NCBI GenBank assembly: GCA_964474825.1
Contig: CAYYWQ010000001.1
Span: 421,609 to 485,608, forward strand
Length of the DNA: 64,000 nucleotides
Reading direction: 5' to 3'
Source of the DNA: an uncultured Candidatus Saccharibacteria bacterium
Lineage (GTDB): Bacteria > Patescibacteriota > Doudnabacteria > UBA920
The translations under genes and the position numbers were made by a program. Below, in pieces: positions 1 to 10,181 of the stretch (within the stretch, counting starts at the first letter, position 1; each line of letters begins with the position of its first letter). The notes under the pieces are model-generated. The model was not told the DNA's origin, searched no databases, and saw nothing but the letters and a program-made list of their open reading frames with translations.

Positions 1-249
1 CAGTAAAAGTCTTTGTTTAAAAAAAACAGGGGTTTGTCTTAATTGTTGTAAAAGCCAACCGTTAAATTTTAAAAATCGTTTATATAAAAAATTACCGAAA
101 TAAAAACAAACTCCAAACACCACCTCTATGCAAAAAAGTATTAACTTTAAAAAAGTTTTTTCTTTTTTAGGCAAATTTTTTGCGTCCCTAAATTGCAAAT
201 ATCGCCCGGTATGAGTGTAAAATTTGAAAGTTTTCTTTTGCATTTTAAG

Positions 250-1362
250 TTACAATGAACTTTTGCGGGAAATACTAAACAGAATCCCCAAAGACGACAA
301 GTTAACAAGCAAGGCTGTGCTGCCATAGCTAAAAAATGGGAGTGGAATACCGGTTAAGGGAACTAAGTTAACCATAGCGGCGATGTTTATAATCGCCTGG
401 AGAGTAATCCATAAAGTTATCCCCCCGGCTACGAGCTTGCCAAAAATATCGGGTGCCCTCGTGGCTACATAAAAACCCTGAATCGCAAGAAGTCCAAATA
501 AAACGATTATTACAATAACTCTGGCAAACCCCAGCTCTTCAGAAGTTACGGCAAAAATGGAGTCATTCATAACTTCGGGCAGGTAACTGTGTTTTTGGCG
601 CGACAACCCATAGCCGTAACCCCAAACCTGTCCTGACCCAACAGCTAAAATTGCCTGGTTAATTTGGTAGCTGGCGTTTTGTTTATCTTCATGACGGTTA
701 AAAAAGCTCGTGAGTCGCTGGGCTCTATAAGGCTCAACCTTAACAAAAATAAATAATAGGAGCAACCCAGCCAAAGCGATTGCAAAAAGTTTTTTTAGTT
801 CCACCCCAGCTAAAAATAACATCCCAAAAGCCACAGATACCAATACTAACATAGTACCTAAATCGGGCTGCCATAATATTAGCGAAGCAAAAAGCCCAAC
901 AATTAACAAAGAGGGTAAAAGGCCAAAATAAAAATTATTTAATGCATGTCCTTTTTTGTCAACCCAGGACGCAATATAAAAAACAATAACCAGCTTCGCT
1001 AATTCAGAAGGCTGAAGGGATATAGGACCAAAATGCAACCATCGTTCCGCGCCGCCAGCCCCAAAACCAAAATTTCCAAGTTTTACCATCAGTAGTAGTA
1101 CCAGAGAACCAAAAAGTAATATTGGTAACTGTTTTTGCCAGAAGTGGTAATCTATTTTTGAAAAAATAACCAAGCCAATTAAGCCCAATAAAGCACCATA
1201 AAACATTTGATGAAAAATGTAATAAGTCGTGCTTTCGTGATTTTGGAACGACTGCACGGTTGAAGCCGAATAAAGCGCAATCAAACCGTAAGCCAGCAAA
1301 AATAAAATTGTGCTTAGTAACGGCCAGTTAAAATGACCGCCGCTGTTTTTTATCTTAATCAT
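250..1362 (-). CDS. ftsW: SEDS-family peptidoglycan glycosyltransferase / lipid II flippase (FtsW/RodA/SpoVE family)
   Basis: 370-aa polytopic membrane protein with FtsW/RodA-like sequence throughout (ALYSAS...PDLGT...AEEQGF-like regions). Position upstream of murD in a dcw-type cluster. Confidence 0.8.
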   Translation of the reverse strand: MIKIKNSGGHFNWPLLSTILFLLAYGLIALYSASTVQSFQNHESTTYYIFHQMFYGALLGLIGLVIFSKIDYHFWQKQLPILLFGSLVLLLMVKLGNFGFGAGGAERWLHFGPISLQPSELAKLVIVFYIASWVDKKGHALNNFYFGLLPSLLIVGLFASLILWQPDLGTMLVLVSVAFGMLFLAGVELKKLFAIALAGLLLLFIFVKVEPYRAQRLTSFFNRHEDKQNASYQINQAILAVGSGQVWGYGYGLSRQKHSYLPEVMNDSIFAVTSEELGFARVIVIIVLFGLLAIQGFYVATRAPDIFGKLVAGGITLWITLQAIINIAAMVNLVPLTGIPLPFFSYGSTALLVNLSSLGILFSISRKSSL

Positions 1363-2735
1363 TTTATTTTTTCAATTTGTAATTTAAACTGCTCTCCCCT
1401 CTCCTGGTAATTTTTAAACATATCAAAGCTGGCGCAGGCCGGGCTTAGCAAAACAATATCCCCTTTCGCGGACACTGAGCCAATTTGCTTAAAAATATCC
1501 TCCATATTTTTTGCGCCCTCCAAAATTTGTTCGGGTTTTATTTTTAGCACGTGCTTAATTTTGTCCGCTTCCTGCCCAATTAAAATTACAGCCTTAATAT
1601 TTTTAGCCTCAGATATTACTTTACCTAATTCTTCAAAATCGGAATTTTTTGAAGACCCTCCTAAAATTATTATTTCCGGCTCGCTAAAACTTTCTATTGC
1701 GGCAATTGCAGTTTCTGGTGTGGTAGAAAACGAATCGTTATAGTATTTTACCCCGCCTTTTTCCGCGACTAATTCCAAGCGGTGTTCCAAGCCCTTAAAA
1801 TTGGTAACCGCATTCTGAATAATCTCATTGCCAATATTCAAAATTTTTGCTACGCAAACGGCGGCACAGACATTCTCAAGGTTGTGTTGCCCGGGCAATT
1901 GAAGTTCTTTGGTACTGACGACCGATATAGGCGCCTTATTACCATCCGCATACATAACCTGCTGATCTTTTATAAAACAACCGTTTTTAACTTCTTGTTT
2001 TCTGCTAAAAAATAATTTTTTACCGTCACCAAATTTTCCAATACTTGCAGAGTTTTCATAGTCTATATTGATAATTCCAAAATCATTCGCTGTCTGGTGC
2101 TTAACGATTGCTTCCTTGGCTTTAATATATTCTGTAACGTCCCTATGGTAATCTAAGTGTTCACTGGTAACCATGAGAACAACCCCAACATGAGGGCTTT
2201 GACCCATGTCCTGCAATTGAAAACTGGAAAGCTCGTAAACTATAAAGTCCTCCTGGTTTAAATTATCAAGAAGTTCAAAGGGCGATACTTTACCTATGTT
2301 TCCAGTTAAAAAAACATTCCTTTTGTCCGCTTTAAGTATCTCGTAGGTAAGGGCTGAAGTGGTCCCTTTTCCTTTTGTACCGGTTATTCCAATAATTTTT
2401 GCAGGGCAGTGTTCAAAAAACCATTTAGTTTGGCTTGTAATCTTTAAACCCTTAAGCTCAAAACCCACCAGATTAATATTATTAATTCTGACTCCAGGGC
2501 TTCTAAAGGCAACATTAAACCCCGACAGTTCCTTAAAACAATCCGGGCCAAAAATAAAATTTAAACCCAATTTTTTTATTTCGTCCTGCTCATCTTTTCC
2601 CCATTTTTCCCAAGGTTTTTGGTCAAAGAGTACAGGACTAATCCCTTTCTTCATTAAGTAATTGGTAACCGCGCGACCTTCCTGACCAAAGCCTAAAACT
2701 GCTACAAGTTTTCCCTGTAAATCTTTTATTTCCAT
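1359..2735 (-). CDS. murD: UDP-N-acetylmuramoylalanine--D-glutamate ligase
   Basis: N-terminus KLVAVLGFGQEGRA (MurD Rossmann) and Mur-ligase P-loop GITGTKGKGTTS. 4-nt overlap with ftsW. Confidence 0.85.
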   Translation of the reverse strand: MEIKDLQGKLVAVLGFGQEGRAVTNYLMKKGISPVLFDQKPWEKWGKDEQDEIKKLGLNFIFGPDCFKELSGFNVAFRSPGVRINNINLVGFELKGLKITSQTKWFFEHCPAKIIGITGTKGKGTTSALTYEILKADKRNVFLTGNIGKVSPFELLDNLNQEDFIVYELSSFQLQDMGQSPHVGVVLMVTSEHLDYHRDVTEYIKAKEAIVKHQTANDFGIINIDYENSASIGKFGDGKKLFFSRKQEVKNGCFIKDQQVMYADGNKAPISVVSTKELQLPGQHNLENVCAAVCVAKILNIGNEIIQNAVTNFKGLEHRLELVAEKGGVKYYNDSFSTTPETAIAAIESFSEPEIIILGGSSKNSDFEELGKVISEAKNIKAVILIGQEADKIKHVLKIKPEQILEGAKNMEDIFKQIGSVSAKGDIVLLSPACASFDMFKNYQERGEQFKLQIEKIK

Positions 2736-2820
2736 GTGGTTTTTTGCCTAATAACTTATTTATTTTACCATATTTTGGCAAAATAAAAAAATCGGCCCGG
2801 CCGATTTAATTTAAAATTAA

Positions 2821-4386
2821 TTAACTCTTTTTTAAAACATACCCCGGTAACTGCCCGGATACCTGGCCCTGGCTTAGGACAGCTTTACCGTTAACAAAGA
2901 CATAGTCTATACCCGAAGAAAATTGGTATGGATTTTCGTATGTGGCGTTGTCGGAAATGCTTTTTTCGTCAAAAATTACCAAGTCCGCGAAGTTGCCAAC
3001 TTTAATTTCGCCGCGCTTCCTTAGGCCGATTTTTTTGGCGGCTGAGGAGGTGAGCTTTTTTATTGCCTGGCTTAAAGTCAGGCTTTTGCTATCAATTGTC
3101 CGCCGTAAAAATTTAGTTGCCGTGCCAAAGCATCGCGGGTGGACCAACCTGTGATTAATATCCAAAGAAAAGCCTGCCCCGTCAGTACCAATAAAGGAAA
3201 GCGGGTGGGACATTAACTTTTCAACTTCCTTCATGTCCAAATTTTTGTCAAAAACCATAACTTCGCTGCCGCCGTTCTCAATTAGGTTAATTACAGCCTG
3301 CTCGCTGGAAACTTCCATGTTTTTTGCGATCTGGCCTATGGTCTTGCCGGTAAAGTTCAGTTTGTTGGCCGTTGAAGCCACCATTATGGCCGGAAACTTT
3401 ATTCCGCTGTTGTTTAAGAACGACAAAATTTTATTTTTTTGCACCGGGTCACTCAAATGCTTAAGTAAAATAGTCCTTCCCCCTTCCATCGCCCACTTGG
3501 GCAAGTAGGAATAAATAGGCTGCCAAACGGAGTCATAAGGGTAGAGGTCAAAATGAATTTTAGTCCCCTTATGGAAAGCGTTTTCCAAAAGCTTTAAGGC
3601 CTCGGCCAGCTTTGGCCAGTTCTGTTCGCCGCGGACTTTAAAATGAGAAATTTTTACATTGACCCCTGTGCTGTTTGCTATGTCTATAATTTCTTCCAAA
3701 GCTTCCGAAAGCTCGCCACTTTCGTTACGCAAATGTACAGAGAACAAAGCGTCATTTTCTTTCACGACTTTAGCCATTTCCGCCAGTTCAAGTTCAGAAA
3801 TAATAATTTCGTGGGAATAGGAAAGTCCGCTGGACAAACCAAAAGCGCCGGCCTTCAAGCTTTCCCCTAGAATTTTTTTTAGGGCATTGAGTTCATTGGT
3901 CTCTAGGGCCCTTATTTGGTCCCCAATAATCCCGCGCCTTAAAGTGGAATAACCGACAAGACTGCCTATGTTACACGCAAAATTTTGGTTTGCTAAAGCC
4001 TTTAAAAACTCCTCATACGATTGCCAGTTAATATTAGTGGCTTCCAAATTATGCCATTTTTGCATGGCCAAAAGAGAGTCGCGACTCAGTAGCGGCGCCA
4101 AACTTGCCCCGCAATTGCCCAACAAAATTGTGGTAAAACCTTGGGTAATCAAACTGTCCAGACGGGGGTTGTCAAAAACTTGCCAATAGCTATCGCTGTG
4201 ATTTTGCAAATCAATAAAGCCTGGAGCCAAAATTTTACCCGCGCAGTCAATGGTTTCCTTTGCCGCGGCGTCAATTTTAGGAGCAATATTAACAAGCTGG
4301 TCGCCTTGAATGGCAACATCCGCAATTATGGGATCATCAGAAATTCCGTCTACTAGTTTTGCGTTTTTTATTAAAAGACTGTACAT
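2821..4386 (-). CDS. Amidohydrolase-superfamily protein of the N-acyl-D-amino-acid deacylase (D-aminoacylase) type
   Basis: N-terminus LIKNAKLVDG...ADVAIQGDQLVNIAP...DCAGKILAPGFIDLQNHSD matches the D-aminoacylase signature. The first His of the HxH metal motif is replaced (QNH). Length 521 aa. Confidence 0.55.
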   Translation of the reverse strand: MYSLLIKNAKLVDGISDDPIIADVAIQGDQLVNIAPKIDAAAKETIDCAGKILAPGFIDLQNHSDSYWQVFDNPRLDSLITQGFTTILLGNCGASLAPLLSRDSLLAMQKWHNLEATNINWQSYEEFLKALANQNFACNIGSLVGYSTLRRGIIGDQIRALETNELNALKKILGESLKAGAFGLSSGLSYSHEIIISELELAEMAKVVKENDALFSVHLRNESGELSEALEEIIDIANSTGVNVKISHFKVRGEQNWPKLAEALKLLENAFHKGTKIHFDLYPYDSVWQPIYSYLPKWAMEGGRTILLKHLSDPVQKNKILSFLNNSGIKFPAIMVASTANKLNFTGKTIGQIAKNMEVSSEQAVINLIENGGSEVMVFDKNLDMKEVEKLMSHPLSFIGTDGAGFSLDINHRLVHPRCFGTATKFLRRTIDSKSLTLSQAIKKLTSSAAKKIGLRKRGEIKVGNFADLVIFDEKSISDNATYENPYQFSSGIDYVFVNGKAVLSQGQVSGQLPGYVLKKS

Positions 4387-4390
4387 AAAA

Positions 4391-5428
4391 TTAACCTATA
4401 AAATAAACTATTACCCCCACAATACCCATAACCGCTGAAATAATCCAAAAGCGCATAGTTATTTGCGACTCAGGCCAACCTAAGGCTTGGAAATGGTGGT
4501 GTATGGGGGCGGATAAAAACAATTTCTTTTTAAAATATTTTTTCCAAAATAGCTGGAGTATTACGGAAATTGCTTCAGCCATAAAGACAAAGCCTATGAA
4601 TGCCAGTAAAAAAATAGAGTTGGTCAAAAATGCTACAACGGCAAGCAGTACCCCTAAACCCATTGAGCCCGTATCTCCCATTATGAACCTCGCGGGAAAT
4701 ACATTAAACCACAAAAAGGCTAATAGGGAACCGCAAATGGTTCCTAAAAAAACAGCTAAGTCATGCTTGCCTTGGAGAAAGGCAATAAGGCCAAAAGCAA
4801 AAAAAGCTAAAAGTAAAATTCCTCCTGCTAAACCGTCTAAACCGTCTGTTTCATTTACAGCAAAGCTTGTGGCAACAACAGCTAAAACAAAAAACGGTAA
4901 AAACCAAATGCCTAAATCCAAATTACCCATAAACGGCACATGGACTATCCTAAATCCCAGTTTAAAATAAAACCACCAGGAACCAATTAGCGCGACAAGG
5001 GAGTATAGAAAAAATTTAAACCTAAAACGGAAACCCCTGCCCATGTGCCCGAGTTTTTTGCTGTCTAAAACATCGTCCGCCAAACCAACCAAAGATGCCC
5101 CAACAAGCGCGCCAAAAGGCAACAAAGTCTCTCTGCGGGAATAAAAATCAAGATTAGAAAAACTTTGAATATGCAAAACTCTGTCTAAAAACCAAAATAA
5201 ACCAAATAACAAAACCAAAGTTCCCCAAACCAATACTCCTCCCATGCTTGGGGTTCCTGCTTTTGACTTGTGCATTTTAGAAAAGAGCGGCGTACTTCCG
5301 TCGTCCCTTATTTGTTTCCCGAGTTTGTATTTTGACAGGAATTCAAGAAAAATGGGCGTAATACCCAAGGTAACAATAAAAGCCAGAGAGGATAAAATAA
5401 AAATTTTGGTCAAAACCGAAAAAGCCAT
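4391..5428 (-). CDS. mraY: Phospho-N-acetylmuramoyl-pentapeptide transferase
   Basis: Polytopic membrane protein with MraY motifs (GTPSMGG; NETDGLDGLAGG; HHHF). Located in the dcw cluster. Confidence 0.9.
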   Translation of the reverse strand: MAFSVLTKIFILSSLAFIVTLGITPIFLEFLSKYKLGKQIRDDGSTPLFSKMHKSKAGTPSMGGVLVWGTLVLLFGLFWFLDRVLHIQSFSNLDFYSRRETLLPFGALVGASLVGLADDVLDSKKLGHMGRGFRFRFKFFLYSLVALIGSWWFYFKLGFRIVHVPFMGNLDLGIWFLPFFVLAVVATSFAVNETDGLDGLAGGILLLAFFAFGLIAFLQGKHDLAVFLGTICGSLLAFLWFNVFPARFIMGDTGSMGLGVLLAVVAFLTNSIFLLAFIGFVFMAEAISVILQLFWKKYFKKKLFLSAPIHHHFQALGWPESQITMRFWIISAVMGIVGVIVYFIG

Positions 5429-5470
5429 AGAATTATTTTACCATAAAAGCGACTTTTTGGCTAATCTAAG

Positions 5471-6457
5471 CTATTCCCAACTAAGCTGATCCACTATAAT
5501 TTTTTTTAACTTTAAGGTATCCTGCTCCCGGTCATTACTACCCAAAACAATAATAATAATTTCGTGGGAGTTTTTTAAAATTTTATTTATCATCGCTCCC
5601 CTGGCGCCTGCCGTAAAGCCGGTTTTAATTGCCTGGATATCAGTGTGGGTTTTAATTAGTTTATTTGTTGATGAAACCCGGTAAGAAAAACCGGATTCAC
5701 CTTTAAAAGCCAGGGACTCTGTCCTGCCCAAATTTGTAAAGGCGGCGTATGTTTGAGTTTTAGCTATTAACCTTTGGAGGTCATTGGCCGTAGAATAATT
5801 GTCTTGACTGTCAAAACCAACCGGATTACTAAAGCTCGTATTAACCATGCCCAGGTCCGAGGATTTTTGGTTCATAAGATCCACCATACGTTTGCCGGTT
5901 TTTAACTCCACTGCCTTGGCCAAAACTTCTGCCGCATCGTTACATGATCCCACGAGCATGGAATTAAAAACATCCCCAATTAAAACTTGCTCTCCCTCCG
6001 CAAAATCCACAACAGGCCTTATGTTGGTCAGGTTTTTTCTACTGACTACTGTCTTTTGTCCAAAATCCAAATTTTCATATGCAATTAGACCTGTCATGAG
6101 CTTAGTTAAACTGGCAATGGGAATTTTTTGCTCCGGACTTCTTTGGAAAATAGGATCTTGCGGGTAACTCAAGTCATATATTAAAACACTTTTGGAGGAA
6201 ATACCCTCTAAATCGAAATTATTAATACTAGGTACTACCATTTTTTGTTCAGGGGGCTGAAGGCCGCGGGCAACCGTACTCTCGCCCAAAACTCGAGGTA
6301 TTATTGGTGAAAAAGTGGTCGCCTTCGTAGTAAGTGAACCGCTTATCCCTAAGCAAAGCACTTGAACTGTAACCAAAACGGCCGGTAGGACAAGCCCCCA
6401 GGCAATAATTTTGTTTTTGTCTCTAATAAATTTTTTGGCTTTGGTTTTGATTTGCAA
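5471..6457 (-). CDS. D-alanyl-D-alanine carboxypeptidase (S11 serine peptidase, PBP5/6-like)
   Basis: N-terminal membrane anchor/signal, SxxK (ASLTKLMT) and KTG (IKTGFT) motifs. Confidence 0.7.
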   Translation of the reverse strand: MQIKTKAKKFIRDKNKIIAWGLVLPAVLVTVQVLCLGISGSLTTKATTFSPIIPRVLGESTVARGLQPPEQKMVVPSINNFDLEGISSKSVLIYDLSYPQDPIFQRSPEQKIPIASLTKLMTGLIAYENLDFGQKTVVSRKNLTNIRPVVDFAEGEQVLIGDVFNSMLVGSCNDAAEVLAKAVELKTGKRMVDLMNQKSSDLGMVNTSFSNPVGFDSQDNYSTANDLQRLIAKTQTYAAFTNLGRTESLAFKGESGFSYRVSSTNKLIKTHTDIQAIKTGFTAGARGAMINKILKNSHEIIIIVLGSNDREQDTLKLKKIIVDQLSWE

Positions 6458-6504
6458 GGTTTATTTTTAATATCTCTGTATATTATACCTGCATTTGCTA
6501 ACCA

Positions 6505-6533
6505 TTGACAAAGGTTTTGATTGTGGATAAAAT
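6505..6533 (+). promoter_or_regulatory. Sigma70-type promoter for trxA (TTGACA-N17-TAAAAT)
   Basis: TTGACA at 6505-6510 and TAAAAT at 6528-6533 with a 17-nt spacer, about 45 nt upstream of the trxA ATG. Confidence 0.4.
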
Positions 6534-6578
6534 TATATGGCGATCTGCTTTAAAAACTAACCAAAAAACCTTAAAAAT

Positions 6579-6899
6579 ATGTCCGAAATCATTTTAAACG
6601 AAGAAAATTTTGAGAAAGAAGTGCTTCAGTCTGAACTGCCGGTAATGGTTGATTTTTGGGCGGTTTGGTGCGGTCCGTGCAAAGTTTTAAGCCCTATTGT
6701 CGAAGAATTAGGGCGGGATTACGAAGGCAAGCTTAAAGTGGGCAAGGTTAACGTTGACGAAAACAATCAACTGGCCCAGCGCTATAACGTTATGAGCATT
6801 CCAACTTTGAAATTTTTTAAAAACGGAAAATTAGTTGGTGAATTAATCGGAGCCGCTCCCAAAGCTACAATAGAAGCCCAGTTAAAAACCATTATGTAA
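6579..6899 (+). CDS. trxA: Thioredoxin
   Basis: WCGPCK active site; 106 aa. Confidence 0.9.
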   Translation: MSEIILNEENFEKEVLQSELPVMVDFWAVWCGPCKVLSPIVEELGRDYEGKLKVGKVNVDENNQLAQRYNVMSIPTLKFFKNGKLVGELIGAAPKATIEAQLKTIM

Positions 6900-6912
6900 G
6901 CTTGATTAAAAA

Positions 6913-6943
6913 ACACCCCGCCTTAACGACGGGGTGTTTTTTT
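6913..6943. terminator. Bidirectional rho-independent terminator between trxA (+) and the ATPase gene (-)
   Basis: Stem ACACCCCG/CGGGGTGT with a 9-nt loop, A-run upstream and T-run downstream. Confidence 0.6.
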
Positions 6944-8804
6944 AAATTTTGTAGGTTTGGTTAGGTTGCAGCACTGTTTTCTCGGGCGGTTTTGGTACCA
7001 TCGGAGGAGGCTTTATTGCCTCTTGCGGTTTTTCAGCCACTGGAGCGGGCGGATTATTGTGTTCGTGCTGGGGCTTTGGCTCATGATAAGCATTATTGTG
7101 CTTTTGGCTTTGGAGGTTGTGTACAGTTTCCCAAATGGGGTTTTCTTTACGCTGCTGAGACTTTGGTCTTGGCTGGTGTCTTTGTAAATCTTTATGATGT
7201 TCATGATGCTGGGGCCGCTGCTCTCGATTCCCGCCCTTTTTTTGTTGCTGCTGCGGTTGCTGATGAGCCTTAGTCTGGGGTTTAGGCGCGTCCGGTATTT
7301 TTGGGCTTGGCTCTTGTGGAGCATTGTCAAAACTAAAACTATTTACAGCTGTTGGTTGTTGTGCTGGGGTTTCCGCCGCGGGCGGAGTGCTAAAGATTTC
7401 CGGGCTTTCAATTTTTGCAACGGGAATTGCTGGATTAACAACAACATCCGTGGGTTCAACCGGCTGCTGCTCCGCAGCCTGTCCGGAACCAATAAGCATG
7501 GCTGATTCCTGGTGGAACTCGGCACCCATCCATCGGGAGATTTTTTCTTCCACTTCCGGAGCGGGATTGGTATAGCGTTCACGCGAAACCTTAATAACCT
7601 TTTCAATATTTCCGGAACGATATATTGGGTTTGGCGGTAACGTTACCGCGGAAAAAGGTTCACTGGCTACGCCGTTAATCATTAATTTTAAAATTATTTG
7701 GTATTTGGGCAGGTTTACTAAATCATTAGGTGTATAACCCGGTTCAAATTCTGTTTCCATAAATTCAGCGTCTGCCGCTCCAATACGAAAGACCACAATA
7801 GTACCCACGTTACCAAAAATCGCGTCCCGAACTTTAGTATTTTTATCCTGTTCCAGTTGGGCAATGTATTGATGTCCTACAATTAAGTTAAGCCGGTATT
7901 TACGAGCTTCGCTTAATATTGTGGCAAAGCTTTCTGTGGCAAAATTTTGGAACTCATCTACATATAAATAAAAATCTTTACGTTCGTTTTCTTCAATGTC
8001 CGTGCGCGACATGGCGGCCAGCTGGAGTTTAGTTACAAGCATGGCTCCCAGCAGGGCCGAGTTGTCCTCACCTACTTTTCCTTTGGACAAATCCATAATT
8101 AAAATTTTCCGTTGGTCCATTATTTCGCGCAAATCAATGGTTGACTTTGGTTGCCCGACAATATTCCTAATAATAGAACTCGACAAAAATTGTCCAACCT
8201 TGTTTTGGATGGGAGCAATGGCTTCAGTCCTGTACTTTTCGTTATAATTCGCAAACTCGTCTACCCAAAACGCCCTAACCATGGGGTCCTTAATGTTGTC
8301 CACAATGCGCTTGCGGTATTTTTTGTCCACGTACATTCTTGTAATACCCAAAAGCGTATTTCCTGGGCTGTCCAGCAAGGCAAGGATAGTATTGTTTAAA
8401 ATGTACTCCATTCTGGCAGACCACAAATTGGCCCAAATTTTGGTAAATACACCCATAAGACCGCTGGCCACCAAATGTTTAAACTTTGGGTCCACCGCTT
8501 CCAAAATGTTAAAGGCTAGCGGATACTCCATGTCTGCCGGATTAAAGTAAACAACGTCGTTTACGCGGCTGCTTGGGATGGAGTCTAAAATTCTTTGCAC
8601 ACTGTCCCCGTGCGGGTCCAAAAACGCCACACCATGGCCATTGTGGATGTCCTGGATGACCATGTTTTCCATAAGGCTGGTTTTTCCCATACCGGTTTTA
8701 CCAATAATATACATATGCCGGCGGCGGTCGTCGGTTTTTATGCCAAAGGGCACTTCCTTGTTACGGTAGTTGGTTTTTGCAAAAACTGTAATATCTCTGG
8801 TCAT
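6942..8804 (-). CDS. Soluble P-loop ATPase of the TraG/VirD4/TrwB-HerA-FtsK superfamily (type IV coupling-protein-like) with a disordered C-terminal tail
   Basis: Walker A GKTGMGKTS near the N-terminus, Walker B LYVDEFQNF, no TM helices. The last ~180 aa is a low-complexity P/Q/H/K-rich tail (QQPQQQQKKGG...HHEHH). 3-nt gap to the upstream gene suggests translational coupling. Confidence 0.6.
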   Translation of the reverse strand: MTRDITVFAKTNYRNKEVPFGIKTDDRRRHMYIIGKTGMGKTSLMENMVIQDIHNGHGVAFLDPHGDSVQRILDSIPSSRVNDVVYFNPADMEYPLAFNILEAVDPKFKHLVASGLMGVFTKIWANLWSARMEYILNNTILALLDSPGNTLLGITRMYVDKKYRKRIVDNIKDPMVRAFWVDEFANYNEKYRTEAIAPIQNKVGQFLSSSIIRNIVGQPKSTIDLREIMDQRKILIMDLSKGKVGEDNSALLGAMLVTKLQLAAMSRTDIEENERKDFYLYVDEFQNFATESFATILSEARKYRLNLIVGHQYIAQLEQDKNTKVRDAIFGNVGTIVVFRIGAADAEFMETEFEPGYTPNDLVNLPKYQIILKLMINGVASEPFSAVTLPPNPIYRSGNIEKVIKVSRERYTNPAPEVEEKISRWMGAEFHQESAMLIGSGQAAEQQPVEPTDVVVNPAIPVAKIESPEIFSTPPAAETPAQQPTAVNSFSFDNAPQEPSPKIPDAPKPQTKAHQQPQQQQKKGGNREQRPQHHEHHKDLQRHQPRPKSQQRKENPIWETVHNLQSQKHNNAYHEPKPQHEHNNPPAPVAEKPQEAIKPPPMVPKPPEKTVLQPNQTYKI

Positions 8805-8807
8805 ATA

Positions 8808-10148
8808 TTATTCCTCTAAAATTGGTAAATTGGCGGGAGGCTGGCTTGTCTTGCTTACAGTTTGTTCAATTGCCGGGTTGACCATGGTTGTTTCAGTGGT
8901 AATTGGAAAATGATAAAGAGTGGCAATTTCTTCAATGTTAAAAATAGACATCTTTGAGCCAATATGGATATCCCGGTTTTTATAACCCTTAAAAATACTA
9001 TTTTTGCGCCACTTAATAACTGATTCCAAATAAGGGCCTTCCAAAGTTTTAGAAATCACAAAATCTTTGGCGGTCCAGGTTTTAGACAGGTCGGGCTTTA
9101 GTTTGTTGGTCATTACGGAACCAAGAGGACGGTAAAAACCGGACATCAAGCCTTTACGGCCGTTGTCAAACTTGTCTTTAGAAGTAATATACAACATCCT
9201 TATTTTGGTTTTATATCCGGGCTTACCAATCTTTCTTTCAATAAGGGCAACCCTTTCCTTTTCATGCTCAGTCATAGATAGCCATTTGTTGCGAGGCTTG
9301 CTTTGTTGTTCATTGGAATGGTCGCCGTGGCCATGACCGCCTTCAGAAAAAGCCTGGTATAAAGTTTTATGGCCCAATATTCCAAAAGGGGCCAAAAGCA
9401 GGTCGCTCAATTTTCTCTTATGAGGAACCTCTTCTTCTATCAATTCTTTAATTTTTAAAATGCCCCTTGGCTGCCACTCTTCGTCCGACAAAGGCTGGAT
9501 CATAATTTGGTAACCCACAAATTCATGGGGTTTAATTTTAGTCAGCCCCTCAAACATGTTGGCAAGCGGGTCAATAACCGGCTCGTCCGCTGTTGTATGC
9601 TCAAAATCCTTATAGGTTTTTAAAGGAATAACTTCATTGTCAGTTAGTCTCCACTCTGAGCCAAAAATTTCCAAATCTCCGGGGTTGTAGGCGTTGTAGT
9701 GGAAATTTTCCATGTAATCGTTGACTTCACTAATTTCCGCTTGGGGATAATAAGCATAAAAAGCGGACTCTACCAAATCCCGCGTATGAGCAGGGATGCG
9801 CATAATAAAAGAAATTTTGCCTCCCATGCTAATCAGCTCGAGGCTGTACCACAACTGGATTTGCCCTTCAATGTATTTTTCCGGAAATGTTTTTCCTACC
9901 TGTAAAGCGTGCAACTGGGAAAAAATATTTTCCACCGCCAAAGTGCTTATGCGGTTTTCGCGCGGCACCTTAATTTGCAAAAAAATCCACTGCTGGCTGT
10001 GAATATATTGGTGCTCAATTTCCACATAGTACAAGCGCCAAAGCATGTAAATAAACCCTAAAAGAAAAAAGACCCAGCCGTAGTAAACTACTATAAACTG
10101 GTAAGCCCCATGAAAAATATTTGAAAAATTTGGAAAAATCCCGTCCAT
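8808..10148 (-). CDS. Hypothetical membrane-anchored protein (single N-terminal TM helix), operon partner of the ATPase
   Basis: 446 aa. One hydrophobic helix at residues ~17-37 (FIVVYYGWVFFLLGFIYMLW). No recognisable catalytic motif. Ends 3 nt before the ATPase gene. Confidence 0.45.
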   Translation of the reverse strand: MDGIFPNFSNIFHGAYQFIVVYYGWVFFLLGFIYMLWRLYYVEIEHQYIHSQQWIFLQIKVPRENRISTLAVENIFSQLHALQVGKTFPEKYIEGQIQLWYSLELISMGGKISFIMRIPAHTRDLVESAFYAYYPQAEISEVNDYMENFHYNAYNPGDLEIFGSEWRLTDNEVIPLKTYKDFEHTTADEPVIDPLANMFEGLTKIKPHEFVGYQIMIQPLSDEEWQPRGILKIKELIEEEVPHKRKLSDLLLAPFGILGHKTLYQAFSEGGHGHGDHSNEQQSKPRNKWLSMTEHEKERVALIERKIGKPGYKTKIRMLYITSKDKFDNGRKGLMSGFYRPLGSVMTNKLKPDLSKTWTAKDFVISKTLEGPYLESVIKWRKNSIFKGYKNRDIHIGSKMSIFNIEEIATLYHFPITTETTMVNPAIEQTVSKTSQPPANLPILEE

Positions 10149-10181
10149 GGTTTTTGTAAATTTTTGTATCTAAAAACAGTC

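Noticed and set aside
1561-2661. Plus-strand ORFs (60-100 aa) inside murD
   Set aside because: Antisense to a well-supported gene, low-complexity translations and no motifs. Typical spurious ORFs in AT-rich DNA.
4503-4970. 155-aa Lys/Pro-rich plus-strand ORF antisense to mraY
   Set aside because: Its composition mirrors the antisense of hydrophobic codons. mraY on the opposite strand is unambiguous.
6957-8819. Multiple 60-105-aa ORFs on both strands within the ATPase gene tail
   Set aside because: They lie in the low-complexity P/Q-rich tail-coding region where all frames stay open by chance. None has motifs.
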